Source: the human T2T-CHM13v2.0 reference genome, Homo sapiens
Assembly: GCF_009914755.1 (NCBI RefSeq)
Contig: NC_060935.1
Length of the DNA: 64,000 nucleotides
Strand: one strand, 5' to 3'
Under the pieces are notes generated by a model. The model made no database searches, was not told where the DNA came from, and saw only the letters and a list, made by a program, of their open reading frames with translations. The position numbers and the translations under genes are program-made. Each line of letters opens with the position of its first letter. Positions within the stretch are counted from its first letter, which is position 1. This document shows, one piece after another, positions 11,261 to 24,500 of the stretch.

Positions 11261-12649
11261 GTGAAAGCCCATTGTGGCTAAGTGTAGACAGCAAGGATGT
11301 ATGGAAAAAGATGAAGTTAAGGAGAACAGAAAATGCTAGGCCTTAGACCATGTTAAGAATATTTGGTCTTTAAAAGCTGTGGGAATTCATTGAAAATTCA
11401 TTAAATTCATTTTGAGCAGAGGATGTGGGCTAACTAGATTAGATAGATATTTTGTAAAGAACATTCAGATTGCCTAGTGGAAAATAGATTAGAAGTGGTA
11501 GGCTGGGAGTGGGTTGTGCAACAGTAGATGAAAGGAGACCAGTTAGAAAGCAATTGTATTTATTGAAAGAGATGGTGGTAGTTTAGATAGAGTGGTAACA
11601 GTTTAAATGGAGAGAGGTGGGCAGATAGGAGGGGTTTTGAATATAAAATAAACAGAATCTGGTTAAGAGCTAGATATGGTAAGTGAAGAGAGGGAACTGT
11701 AAAGGTAGGTGTGTGGCCTTGTCGTAGGATGAACAAGGACCCTATTTTTTTTTTCCTTAATAGAAGATCACATTTTTTTGGACATGTTTTTAGATACTTT
11801 TCAGACAGCCAGAATAGGGTTTCAAGAGTCTGTTTTGGAGCTCAGAGGTAATGTCTGAGCATGAGACAAAGATTTACCAGATTTAATTCTTATTAAGTCA
11901 TAACCCATGTGATACAGTCCTTGAGGAGTCTTATAGTCAAAAGAACACAGTACATTAAAACAACAATTATTTAAAAACGAAGCAAGTTCTTTATGCATTT
12001 CTCAAAACCATGAAGGGACTCTTAATTCCCAGCAGTACTCTCTAGTATTGCTCTTGTTCCCTTTCTCATCTTTTGTTTTCATCAAATGTAGCTGGTGTTC
12101 CATTCTTTTTTCAAAAACTACTGAAGAAGCTACCCCTCTACTCTCATCCAGGCTAGTTTTATTCTAATTCATCCTTCTTCTTTTGTACTTTGCTCTGTAC
12201 TATTTACGTTGATGTAACGGTTCCTATTTTGACAACATAGGACCTTCCTTGCAGTGGATGATAGGGAAAGAAGCTGGTAGCATAAAGCCAGATGTTCCTT
12301 TGATGCCTTAGGAAGGGGAAAGTCAGAGAACAGTTATGGGAACAAAGACGCATTAATGATTTTTGTCATGTAACTGAATGATCAGCATGTAAGTAAAAAC
12401 TAAAACCATGAGTCTAGATGAATTTTGCCTTGAGAAAAGATATCTTGATCGTTGAGTAGTTCCATCATTTAATGACTCGGTTTAGGAAGATGAGCATAGA
12501 GGAGACTGATTAGGATCTCTTTTGACATCTGACTGGAACTTCTGAGCTAACTCTTGCTTTAGGCTGCAGCCTAGGCATTTGTTTCTTTGAAAAGCCTTTT
12601 TTGACATTTCATTTCCAGGTTAGGTTCTGCTCCAGCAGGCACTGATTGC

Positions 12650-12810
12650 CTATTATGGTCCTTATCATTGCTATAATTATTTATTTAATTGCATGTGGTC
12701 CCCAATAGACTCTAACCTCTGGGAGGATGAGAGACAAGTTCATCATTTTAACCCCAGTAAGTGTAATCTTTTATGTAGTGGATTGCAATAAGCATTTGTT
12801 TAATTAATTC
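12650..12810 (+). mobile_element. L2 3'-end fragment
   Basis: ccccaatagactctaacctctgggagg...caataagcatttgtttaatt resembles the L2 tail. Confidence 0.5.
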
Positions 12811-13446
12811 AGGCAGGTATTCTCGTTTGGCTCATTAGGTTTCATATGTGTATGTCAATATTTTCTACTTAGCTTACTGCCAAAATATATAGATCTGTTC
12901 TTTAGAAAACAACATAAAATAGCTGTACTCCAGGTTCTTATATCAGATTATGACTTTGACCTCTCTGTCACCTAATACCTATAAAAAGTTTGGGGGAAAT
13001 AAAATTTATGAAGGACTGCAGTGTACTTGGACCATATAATATTCGCAGTCTTAGAATTACTCATACTCATGTTTCACTGTTATTCCATAGCTTATATAGA
13101 GAAATATTAAAAGTAATGCAACTTTGAAACTCATTATTGTGTTTACTCCAGAGATGGAGGAGGAAGTGGTAATTTACTGTCTTATCAGTTTATGAGGACT
13201 AATAGGATTTTTTTTTCAAAGTGCAGTAGCAGGAAGGCTTATTTTGAATGACCAGGGTTTAGATATATATATGTGCGTGTGTGTAATTTTTGGTGGATAT
13301 AGTGAATAATGCAACCATTTATGTTTCTCTCTTGTAGTGGTTTTTAGGAAACTCATTGGTAAATTTTGTGGTCTGCTTATATTAAAGGATGTAAACATTT
13401 TATGTCCTTTCTTTTGAGTAACAGTCATACCACTGATTATACTTTT

Positions 13447-13892
13447 TATTGACACACTTTATTCAGATAGCAGTCTGATCACACATGATCCAAGAACACT
13501 GAAATAGTAAGTCAAATATAATCAGATGTTAAAGACTTGTCATACATTATAGGCAATGGTGCAATGCTTACTTATGATTGCTCCAATATAAAACCACATT
13601 TATACCTCAGTGGCCACTGAACCATTCAGCACAGCTTCCTTAACTGTCAGCTGTTAGAAGCTAGCAGTGTAAGCACTGTTGACTATTTTTTTCAGGCTCT
13701 GAATAGCTGTCAGGATCTCAGTAGGAGTTGGAGGAGTTAGCTCAACTTTGGCTTAATATCTAAATGTGGCCAATCTAGGCTTCAAATACGTCACAGCAGT
13801 GTTCACCAGCGCTGGAGCCTCCTCCTCCAGGTTCCAGACAAATCAGACCATGGTTTTAGGATAAAAAATCCATGGCCCCAAATGGCTAGCTA
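13447..13892 (-). pseudogene. ATP5MG: Processed pseudogene of ATP synthase subunit g (ATP5MG/ATP5L); symbol given is the parent gene
   Basis: 13851->13540 gives 104 codons with no indel: MV*FVWNLEEEAPALVNTAVTYLKPRLATFRY*AKVELTPPTPTEILTAIQSLKKIVNSAYTASF*QLTVKEAVLNGSVATEV*MWFYIGAIISKHCTIAYNV*. Intronless, 4 premature stops, 3'UTR with AATAAA (13458-13463), TSD ATTATACTTTT at 13436-13446 and 13893-13903. Confidence 0.96.
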
Positions 13893-14960
13893 ATTATACT
13901 TTTAAAATTCCTCCTATCTTTATTGCTACCTTCATCTCTTTCATATTTCCATTTCTTTACTGTTATACTTTCTGTACTAATTTACCTTTGTAAGTCATCT
14001 CAGAATTTTTTAAATTTAATTTTTTTAAAATTTTTCATATGGCATGAAAAAATTACTTGTAGACATCTATAACATAATGGATCTCTTATTGGTAATTTGT
14101 TTGGGAACTGACTTGGTACTAACTTTGATTTCTCTCACTGGATTCCTAGACTCTCCAGGATGTTAGAACTGGCTTTGGCCTGTGGAACACCTCGTCTTGT
14201 GCATTCTATTTCCTGAATAAAGGGTCTTCTTTGTTTTCCCTGCAACGAGTGGTCTTTTGCTCCTCATTTCTGTGGTCCTTTACCCATTCTCCCAACCCAA
14301 TGGCATTTCAAAACTATTTAAAATTTAAAAAAATTATTAATATAATTGCTTACATTATTACTCTGTGATTTAATAAACTGAGTTAGATAAACTGTATAAT
14401 AAAAGTTATTGTGTTCTTTTTCATATTAATGTTTTGTAATTTTTTTGAAGAATCATTTAAAGCTTTAGATTTATTCTAGAAAAGTCTGTAATTGAATTAT
14501 ACCATGATAAGCTAAATCTGAAAATGTAAGCAAGTTTCTATGGGGTAGATGTATGATGATTTTAGGCTTTTCTTCGCATCTGAATTTTGTTTCCACTGCT
14601 ATTTTAATGAGTTAGGAAATATGAGATATTTAAATATGGCTTGGTGAAGTTCATTGAACACTTTAATGTTGGTTATATTATTTATATCCTCTATATAGTT
14701 TAAAAAACAGCTAGCATATTTTATAGATATATTTGCAAGACTGATTTTAAAATAATATATTTTCATTGTTTTGTTAACAAATCAAACTTTTCAAGCTATT
14801 TCTGACTGTTAAAACTTTCTGGAAAGTTGTTCCATATCCTTCCGGTCATCTAAATTTATCACAAGGTTTTAACTAAGAAGGTTGGTGAACCCTCTTTCCT
14901 TTTGATCTTGCATCCTGGCGAGTGCTTGGATATTTCTTGTGTAAGAAAAGTTTTGGTAGA

Positions 14961-15080
14961 TGAGTCAGTGTACTGAGTCATAGGCAGCATGAAGCCGCTA
15001 GTGTTCTATACTAACTAATTGGAAACAGTTTCAAGATTAATTAAGGCACAGTTGTCAGCTCAGTGTTACTGATTGACATC
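14961..15080. promoter_or_regulatory. Candidate enhancer motif cluster (two AP-1 sites, PBX/MEIS-like site)
   Basis: TGAGTCA at 14961-14967 and 14974-14980; TGATTGACA at 15070-15078; apparently non-repeat sequence. Confidence 0.3.
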
Positions 15081-15769
15081 CTACCAAAGTATTTTGTCTT
15101 TTGGCAACTTGCTTAATTGTTCTTTGGTATTTAGATTTTTGTTCTGCTTCATAGATTTTTAAAAATCTGTTGAATAGACCTGTAGTTACCATGTTGATTT
15201 TTATTTTTTAGAATCCTGTAATGAACCCTGTGTCATTGTGATTAATTTCTTCCTTGTTTGATGCCTTTTTTCTCTTAAAAATATTCAATACAATATCTTT
15301 TCTTTTTATCTTGCTAATTTATCAATCTATGAGAAAGTGTGTTATGCCTCACACAAACTAGTTCATAAGTAATAGCATATTGATTTGTTCAATAATAGCC
15401 CACTATCCAATTAGATGTTACGTTTTACTTAATAAAAAACAAATTAAGTGGCTTGCTTACATTCCTTTACATTGCATTAATTTGACTTTAATAAATTCAT
15501 TAAAAATGACGTTTTTAAAAGTCTTTTCCTTCATTAGGTTCATATTTGTTTAAAATAAAGTATTTGAAAGAAAATATTTCATTTATATAAAGAATTTTGC
15601 AAAGAGGGATTGATTAGGTGTTCTTCATGTTTATAGAAGAATAAACAAAAGTAAATCAAGACCAGGAAGGTATTTTGGCTTAAGAGAGCAAGTATGTTCT
15701 GGCAAAATGATAAAATGCTAGAAAGGATTACTGAATAAAAGAGGAAGAGAAGGGAAGTCACATATTAAA

Positions 15770-15880
15770 TACCTGATAGGTTTCAGGCACTTTATATATA
15801 TTATTTTTCTAAATCCTTCCAGCATCTCTGAGATGGGAATTATTTACCTATAATCAAATGTGAATCTTGAAGCCTCAACA
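15770..15880 (-). mobile_element. MIR fragment
   Basis: caggcactttatatatattatt...aatccttccagcatctctgagatgggaattatt, a MIR core pattern. Confidence 0.55.
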
Positions 15881-16084
15881 ATATCTGTATAATAAACACC
15901 TAATGCAATCTACAACAGCATTTTAGTGTGCTGTCTAGTGCCAGATTCAGGCGTTATGCTAAAGGAAAATTCAGGAGAAGCATTTGATCTAGTTACAGAG
16001 TAGACAATCTTTAGGGCAATAAGTGGATTACATATCTTTCAGTCATTCCTCTGAAATGTTTCTTTTGAAGTTATTGATTGAAAT

Positions 16085-16206
16085 TGAGACACATTTTATA
16101 ATTGATGACATGTTATAATTTAATTGGCAGTACCTTTTCTTTATAGTATGTAAAATTAATGCTGCATCTCATAATCAGTATCATCTTAGATTTGATAGAG
16201 TACAGT
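16085..16206. mobile_element. MER104-like Tc2 DNA transposon remnant
   Basis: Ends catcttagatttgatagagtacag-ta, similar to the MER104 terminal repeat. Confidence 0.45.
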
Positions 16207-19200
16207 AGATGGTCAGTCTTTGATGGGATACAGTATATGATCTTAATCATTCCTTAGGAAATTTTAAGAACAACAGTAACCTATTGGGTTTTTGTTCATT
16301 ATCCCTAAGTTCTGATGAGATGATCTTTGAAAAATTCTGTGGTCAAATATGTTTTAAAAACACAGCATAATCTATCCTTCTCTTGGAGATTTTCAGTGCC
16401 TACTAGCATATAAAAATTCTAGCAAAAAAACAACATTTTTACCTTTGTTTAACCCATTGTACAAACTTATTTGATCATATATTTCCTCCACCCTGACAAA
16501 CTCTTTTTTACTTACCTAGTTTTCAAAGGACATTATGAATGTGCCTGAGGAGTTTAATGCTCTATCTAACTTTGGGAAATGCTGGGTTACTTGGTTTTTT
16601 ACCTACAATTGAGTATTACCAGTTAGAGTCTAAATCTTTCTGAGGGTCCACACAGTTTTCTCTTCAGTCTTCTTATCCAACCTCATTTTATTCATGTATA
16701 TTTTGCTCATAGATTGGCCAGAACCACATTACCAATTTCTTATTCTTTTGTTTCAACTTTTACTTCTTGAGTCATATCTTGGGAATATAGTTTTTCATTT
16801 GCTAGCAAATTGTGATATTTGAAATTTATTAACTGGATGTTTAGAGTTTCATTAAAGATTCTAAACAGAGAATTAATGTTCATGTATAAATTGGAAAGGA
16901 AAGAAATCAATTTTTCTTGCATTTTATGATACCTAAAAGTCAGTAGGTTATGGTAGCCTTATTTCCATGTTACGCTGATTGCTTCAAAGGTACAACATTT
17001 TTCATGAACAGAGACTCTCTGAAGAGTAAATCTCTATTCCCTGCTATTTTTCTTGTTTCTTTCTTCACTCCCTGGCCTTCACATCTTCTTTCTTCACCAC
17101 TTCCCTCTACCTTCTCTCAAAAATCTGGACTCAACTTATTTACTGATTCTATGTTCTATCAGCATTATTTAATTCTGTAATATTGGGTCATGCTTATTTC
17201 CAATTGTATTTTCCATTTTTATAATTTTGCTTCTCTAGTCCTACTTTTAGCACTTTACAAGAGAACTTGTCTAAGTCTTTGGCTTTTTATACCTAAGCTA
17301 AATGAGCTTCTATTTACCAATTTCCCCGATTGTCACAGTAGTTTATCACATGTAAGTCACCAAGGGATTGAGATAAACTGATTTTATTTCAACTTTTTCA
17401 AAATTCTTCCTTACCTATTGTATTTGTAGTCATGGTCTATGCTTGTGGTGGTCAGTCCTGTCAAGTAGTATTCTTAAGTTTGTTTTCTTCCTATCACTGT
17501 GCTAACCATCTTAGACTTTATATATTCTGTGTTTTTAAACACTCTGATCTCAGTGAGGAAAAACCCATTAATTTATAACTTACTGCATTCATAGCATAAT
17601 AATACTGCGTTAAAAGGATGGGAAATGAGAATAGAAATGTGGATTGGTACCACATTGTTTAGCAGTTTGACGGCCAGACTAAGACACTGCTAGGCTAAGG
17701 CAGCTTTTGAGAAAGGCAATAATACACTTTATTTTTTCTATTCTGCCATATAGTTAGCTTAAACACTTGAATTATTTCAAGTAGGAGCTTGGTACTTTAT
17801 CATCACATCTTCTGGACTTCAATTCATTTTCTGATTTTTTTTTTTTTTTTAGCCATTTCTACTTTGAGGAACCTATGTAATAGGATTTTTCTGATAATTA
17901 GAGGTTGTTCATAAAGTGTTTAACTGACAGTACTTGGCACAGACAGAGATGATAATATAATGACAAAAATACTGGATTATGGATGTAGCTGAAGTGTGTG
18001 TGTGTTTGTGTGGCAGGGGTGAGTGGTGGGTGTTGAACTACCAAATGTGCTCTAATCTAGCCAAACTAGCCATGTATCAGATGTACCACACCAGGGCCAT
18101 TCTTGCAGTTTGCATTTTTTAGACTGGAAATCAAGAGACCTGGGTTCTTATCCCAACTCTGTGTTACTTTGCAGGTTACCTTTCCTTCTAGGCCGTGGTG
18201 CCTTCATAGATAAAATAATGAATTTGGATTAGGTAATTATTAGATTTAAAATATATGATTCTTTAGGGATAGGCAAGGAGTGGCTGAGGATCCATTAAGG
18301 AGAACATGTAAGTAGGATCATCTCTTTTATCTCATTGCACTGTTTCTGATGGATTACCCAAAACCGAACTGGTATATGACTTTGGAATTTATCTGCTTCC
18401 CATAGAAATTTATTTTCGATACAAAAAGGCCTATATAAAAAAGCACTATAACAAAACAGTACTTAAATTTTATTTAAAATATATTTGCATTTCTCAAATT
18501 GAGAGTCAATAAAGAAAATTCTGAGGCAAGAAAACATCTCTGAGATGCTTTGCAATTGGAAACACTCATTGAGACAACTGAGGAATTTAGAAAAATAAAT
18601 TGAATAATATTTGATAAATTTACACTCTCAGCAAACCCAGGGCCCAATGTCGCTTCTTTGAATTTCAAATATAGGAAACTATAGGCCTGCCATTTCTCAG
18701 GGTACATCTCTTGGGCAGGCAGTCCTAAACTCCTGCTCAGATTAGGTTTGAAAGGTTTAATCAGTTCTTATCCACTGCACCCCAGCCCTCCAATCTCCTA
18801 CAGTGCTCTTTTGTGTCTTATTGTCAACAGAGTGGGGCTAAAAGATTTCCAAGATAACTTTCAATTTATTAGTTATACTACACTAGTATAGTATTGATCT
18901 TTTTTCATTTGGCTTTTGTGTTTCATTGGTTCTTTTGTTTTCTCTTTTCTGTTGCCTATTTTCTATATTCTTTCTTCTTGTTACTGTCTACTTAGGCCAT
19001 GAAATTGAGGTGGATTTTTGTGAGAGATATTGAGGGAAAAAAGGAATTGGACTGATAAAGCTTCACTAACACCTCTTCCTCAAACAAACACACAAACTAA
19101 CATTTATTATTTTGAATATGAAGAGGGAGGAGACACTGAGAAGAAAATTAAAAGGAGAAAAGGTGAGGATATTGAATTGGAAAAAGTATTCTAAAAATAT

Positions 19201-21241
19201 CTGTACTAACTTTAAAATGGGGGTGATTTTAAAAAATGAAAAATCCCTCTCCTTTATACACATATCGCCTGTGTGATAGAAAAAAAACCCCTAAAATTTA
19301 TATAATTTCATTCTAAAGGAAAGAGCTTTGTTGCTCTCGCCTTCTAGTTATCAGTTTAGAAATCCTGCTCATTAGGGTTGGAATGTTAAAACCAAGAAAA
19401 TCATTGCTGCCTTTTCAAGAGTTGAGACTTTAGCTTTACTTTTCTATGAGTCTTTATTTATCAAAGGTATTCTCAGGAGGTAATGATGAACCTGAAACTG
19501 TTCCAGCCTGTGCTGAAATACTCCCACACCATGTTGTTGGAATAGATGTAAGCACTCTTTGTAAATCCATGCCAGAAAGTTCTTCCCATTTGAAGTTTTT
19601 GCCATCAGATTAAGAGGAGGAAATTCCCATCTGTTCAGAGGCAACAGTGACCAAAAAAAAAAAAAAAAAAAGAAAAGGAAAAAAAGGTAATAAGGAAAGT
19701 TTTCCGTGCTTTTTGTGATGAAAGGTTTTCATTGGGACGAATTGTTTTCACATGATAAATATTTGGATCTGATGTTCAAAAGATGTATTTGGACCTGAAT
19801 TAAAAACAAAGTTATAACTCTAAATATTATACTATATATAATTTACTTGTTTTGGTTGGTATTTGGATTTAAAACTATTAGCATACTTGACTGCTTATTA
19901 TTCACCCCTCTCCCTTCTTTAAAACATCATGTGCCCACCTTCTCATCTCTTACCGTGCTGACTGCAAGAACCTGTTAATTGGCCACTTACTTTCAATATA
20001 TCTTTTAATTTACTGTTATATGGATCTAACTTTAGATCTCATCACATCATTTTCTAGGGTAATGGTTTGCAAATTACTGGCAAAATATACAAAGTTCCTT
20101 TACCACCAGGCCCATTTTACCTCTTCAACCTCCCCTTCTGCCAACATGCGTTACTTCCTACTTGATAACCATATGAGGCACATAATTTTCTTTTCAGGTC
20201 TCTGACTTTGCACTTGCTTCTGTCCATTCTTTCTTCCATGATGACATTTATTGCACTGTTCACTACCCTGTTTGCTCTTTCTTCCAGGATGGAGTTATTA
20301 CACTTTTTGTAATTGTCTCTTAACTTGCCTGTTTCCTCTTTAAAACTATGGAGGGTTCATACCTACTTTATATATTTCTAGCATTTAGCACAGTACCTCA
20401 TTCAATAACAGTTTATTGCATTACTGTCCCTCCTTCTGTATCTTGTAAATTTCTGAGTGTCTCAGCCCAACAAAGTTTAGAATCTTAAGTAGGCTTATAG
20501 CTGTTCTTCAAGACCTGTCAATTTCCTGAGTGTTCCCCTCAATAATTCTTTAATTTTTATACCCACTGTTATTGGTCCCACCCTCTTCCTTCAGATTTCA
20601 ATAATCAAATATAGTTATTTGCTTCTGAAATAAAGAAGGTCAATTCCCAGCGTGAGTGCCTGGTTTATTTATACTATATAACACTAGTTAGTGGATCTTG
20701 TATTTCTACTTTTATTTCCCAAGACTTTTAGATTTTCCCTTCTGTCTCCTGGACCACACCTGCTACTTTATATACATTTTAGACAGGTGAACTGAGATTT
20801 GGAGGAGTGAAATGAGTTGCCCAAGATCATGGAGCTAGGAAATGATATAATTAGTTTTATATGTCCTCAAAGCCTATGTGTGCTTTTTTTTTTTTAATTA
20901 ACTGCAGCACACTGCTAACCTCATAAGCACTAGGCCTAAGCTGCTGTCTTAAATTATGTACTAATGTCCCTTATGTTGAATTCATTTCTCATTTCCAAAT
21001 GGATGGTGAGGAGGAAGTAGGCTTTAGGATATAAATTTTTTCTTTTTAGTCAATTTTGTTGAAAGGAATTTGTTTATGTATTTAGTGATAGCCATATGAT
21101 GGTCACTAAATTTTGTTTTTTAAATATAGTTTGACAGAGAAAAAGGGAAAAAATGTTAGGAAACGTTTCTTTTTTTTAACTCACAGTCTTTGAGGGCCTT
21201 TTTTTTTGTACATTGGAAAATAATTTTGAAAAAGTAAAATA

Positions 21242-22145
21242 CAGCCATCTCTTAGTGTCCATGAGGGATTGGTTCCAGGATCCCCTTGGATACCAAAATC
21301 CGAAGATACTCAAGTTCCTTATATAAAATGATGTCATATTTGTATATAACTGTTACAGGAAAGGGGTCCGTATCCAGAACTCAAGAGAGGGTTCTTAGAT
21401 CTAGTGCAAGAAAGAATTAGAAAGGAATAAAAAGAGTGGCCACTCTATAGGCAGAGCAGCCCTAAGGGCTGCAGTTTGGCTATTTTTATTGTTATTTCTA
21501 GATTATATCCTAAACAGGGGTAGATTATTCATGAGTTTTCTGGGAAAGGGGTGGGCAGTTCTCAGAACCAAGGGTTCCTCCCCTTTTTAGACCATATAGG
21601 GTAACTTCATGACGTTGCCATGGCATTTGCAAACTGTCACGGTGCTGGTGGGAGTGTCTTTTAGCATGCAAATGTATTATAATTAGCATATAATGTGCAG
21701 TGAGGGGGACCAGATGTCACTTTCATGGCCATCTTGGTTTTGGTGGGTTTGGGCCAGCTTCTTTACAGCACCTTGTTTTATCAGCATGGTCTTTGTGACT
21801 ATATCTTGTGCTGACCTCCTATTTCTTCCTGTGACTTACAATGTCTAACCTCCTGTGTCTCAGCCTTATTTTACCCAGCTCCTATTCAAGATGGTTTCAC
21901 TCTGGTTCGAATACCTCTGACATAACTACGCACATCCTCCCTTTAAATCATCTCTAGATTACTTATAATATCTAATATAATGCCTCTCCATCCCTTTACT
22001 CCAATGGGATTCAACAGTACTCTCCATGCTGGCAAATTCAAGTTTTGGTTTTTGGAACTTTCTGGAATGTTTCTTTCTGAATATTTTTGATCCTTGGTTA
22101 GTTGAATCCATGGATGGGGAACCCATTAATATGGAGGGCTGACTA
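21242..22145 (+). mobile_element. MER2-type Tigger MITE interrupted by MER41B
   Basis: cagccatctcttagtgtccatgagggattggttccagga...ttgaatccatggatggggaaccc...ggagggctgacta, with TA on both flanks. Confidence 0.85.
21351..21922 (-). mobile_element. MER41B solo LTR (copy 1)
   Basis: tgttacaggaaaggggtcc...cctctgaca; carries the B-type GAS segment; perfect TSD TAAC (21347-21350 / 21923-21926). Confidence 0.92.
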
Positions 22146-22809
22146 TATTCTAATGTGTGATTTACACAGTTGGGATTGGATAAATGGAGAGAGAGTGAAT
22201 AGATAAAAGAAAAATTTGAGATACATAGGTAGATGAGCCCATGAAAATATTAGTCTGTTGGTTGCTTGTAAGAAAATAAAGAATTAGAAAACTTCATTTT
22301 ACTGTTGTACTTAAGTTTTGTTTGAGTGACCCAGTCTACTGAGTGGGCAAAGAATGTGCTTAGAACATGATGGAATTGGCATTTAGAAAATCCAACAGAT
22401 AAAATATTATACTCACTGACTCATGAAACAGAAACAATTAAGGTCCCAATTTAGCATTCTAAATTGTCCAGATTCTGGACAGAGGATCTAATCGTTAGGC
22501 TCATTTTACAAATATCCATGTGGTAGAGTTGGAAGGATGAGCTAAGCGCAGAAATTGGTAGTGCTGGGAAAAGTTCTGGTTTAAAATTTGAGCCTCTGTT
22601 AATCTCTATAAATTGACTCATTTACATTTTAATGTAAATTTCTAAATATCAATTGAAATAATGGAGCTGTTTGAATTTTCAAAGTGGGTTCTTACCTGAT
22701 TTTTCTGTTATTGATTCTTTCATGTGTAACTCATAAGTGCAAAGTTTATCTTAATTTCAGAGGAGCTGGAAGGAAATTAGGAGGTACAACTCGTAATTGA
22801 AGGGGAGAT

Positions 22810-23430
22810 TCTAGCATAGTGGTTAACAACACAGGCTGTGGAGCCAGACTGCTTGAGGACAAATCTATGTTCTTTCTCTTTCTTGTTACTTGCTTTATGA
22901 TCTTGGACAAGCCACTTGATTTCCCATTTTTTTTGTTTTCTCACTTGTACGATGTGGATAGTATAATACCTACCTTATAGGGTAGTAAATTCTTGGTAAA
23001 TCTTAACAATTTGTAGTTTCTTCCTTGCCATGAACGTGTTCTGTAATCTTTGGCAAGTCACTTTATATCTTTGGGCTTTGTTTATTAATTTTGTATGAGG
23101 GTATAGATAAGCTCTAGTTTACCTTCTAGTTCTAGAACTGATTTTAGTAGAATAAAATGGCATATCACAGCTTATGGAATAAGTGTATGAAAAATATATA
23201 AATTTTGTTATTAGATAAGTACTTGAATAAATAAAGTTGTAATGTCAGAGGTCTGTGACTTGGTACTGTGTCACTTTGGACAAGTCTGTTGGCTTCTTTA
23301 AGCTTTATTAGTTTTACCTATAAAATAGAATAATAAGAACTCTCTCATACAAGGATTGTGCTGATTTTAAGAAATGACACCTGCAAAATGTCAATTATAA
23401 TGCCTGATTATATAGTATGTAGTTAATAAT
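22810..23430 (+). mobile_element. Cluster of MIR fragments
   Basis: Repeated MIR cores: tagcatagtggttaa...ggagccagactgc, tgatcttggacaagccactt, atctttggcaagtcactt, cactttggacaagtc. Confidence 0.6.
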
Positions 23431-24299
23431 GCTACTGCACTTAAATCCCTCTTACACAGGGTCTCTGTTTTTCTCAGTTCTCTCTCACAAAGGAGTATCT
23501 CTCTAATTTATGCATTTGAATTTGTGCCATTCTCAGTATAAGATGATTTTAGCGTATGACTTAAGTGAATTTGTGAGACAAAACTGGGCAAGTTTTATCC
23601 AGTTCTTTGTGGAAGGAAGAGCCATTAAGAAACTACAAAAGATAGAAGTTTCTCCTAATGGGATTTATTTTGGCAGGATCAGGATTGAGAATACAAGGAA
23701 AAGAGAATTAAGAAAGCAGGTTAAAGGTAAGGTGTTCTCTAGATGTCTGCAGCATTAAGGTAGCATTTTATGGGAAACTGGTCCCAGCTTCTTTCTATCT
23801 CATTCCTTTATTTTGTTAAGGTTTCTCTCTGGTTTAGGATTGTATTAGATCCAATACATCCCCATTCATAATGATTTTTAGAATGTAATGCTCTCCAATA
23901 GGAATATGGCATTGGTTCTTTAACTAGTTTTGTTAGGCATTGAAGAAAAAACAACTAACTTTTCTAAGTTTCAGCATCTTCTTTTACAAGGGGTGGAGGA
24001 GAGAACGAGATTAAACTAGATGATTTAAATGTTTGCCTTTAGAGCCAATTCTTGATCTGTCCAGGAACATGGACCTTATTACTTTACAGCCTCAATAATG
24101 CATCCTTTCTCTCTTTACTTTTAACTTTGTTAGAATTCACTGTCTTTTCCTTCCCACCTCTGCCAGGTTTCTGGAGTGCTCTGTTTGAATTAATGGCTTA
24201 TGGACCCTCTTAACAGAGATGAGAGGGAGAGGATAGGGAGACCATATTGCATATAGGATCTGTAGGTTTGTGTGAAGGCCAAGGAAGAATGGGCAATGC

Positions 24300-24500
24300 A
24301 GGGAAGAGGACAAGAGGTTAGATCTTGGATAAAGACTGTGTGAGTTCAAATTCTGGCTTTTTTGTGTGCCTCAATTTCTTTGAGTATAATGAGGATAATA
24401 ACTCCCATAGGACTGTATTAATGAGATTATGTATTTGGTAATGATCTTAAGACAGTGCTTCATTCTTAGTAAGCATTAAATAAATGGTAGCTAGTATTAC
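24300..24500 (+). mobile_element. MIR fragment
   Basis: gagttcaaattctggc...gcctcaatttc...gaggataataactcccataggactgt...taaatggtagctagtatta. Confidence 0.6.

Larger units (their letters stand above)
2600..11900 (-). mobile_element. L2 LINE remnant split by later LTR insertions (pieces ~2600-2757, ~10714-10752, ~11261-11900)
   Basis: Joined pieces read catgtgaactggccctg-ttatgggaaaaagcaggacacttttgagaaacc-tgaaagcccattgtggct, a typical L2 antisense sequence. Confidence 0.6.

Noticed and set aside
24140-24200. Strong plus-strand acceptor at 24166 followed by GAGTGCTCTGT..TGA.TTAATG, similar to 58646-58670
   Set aside because: No good donor follows, and a gapped ~20-nt match in 64 kb of AT-rich DNA is compatible with chance
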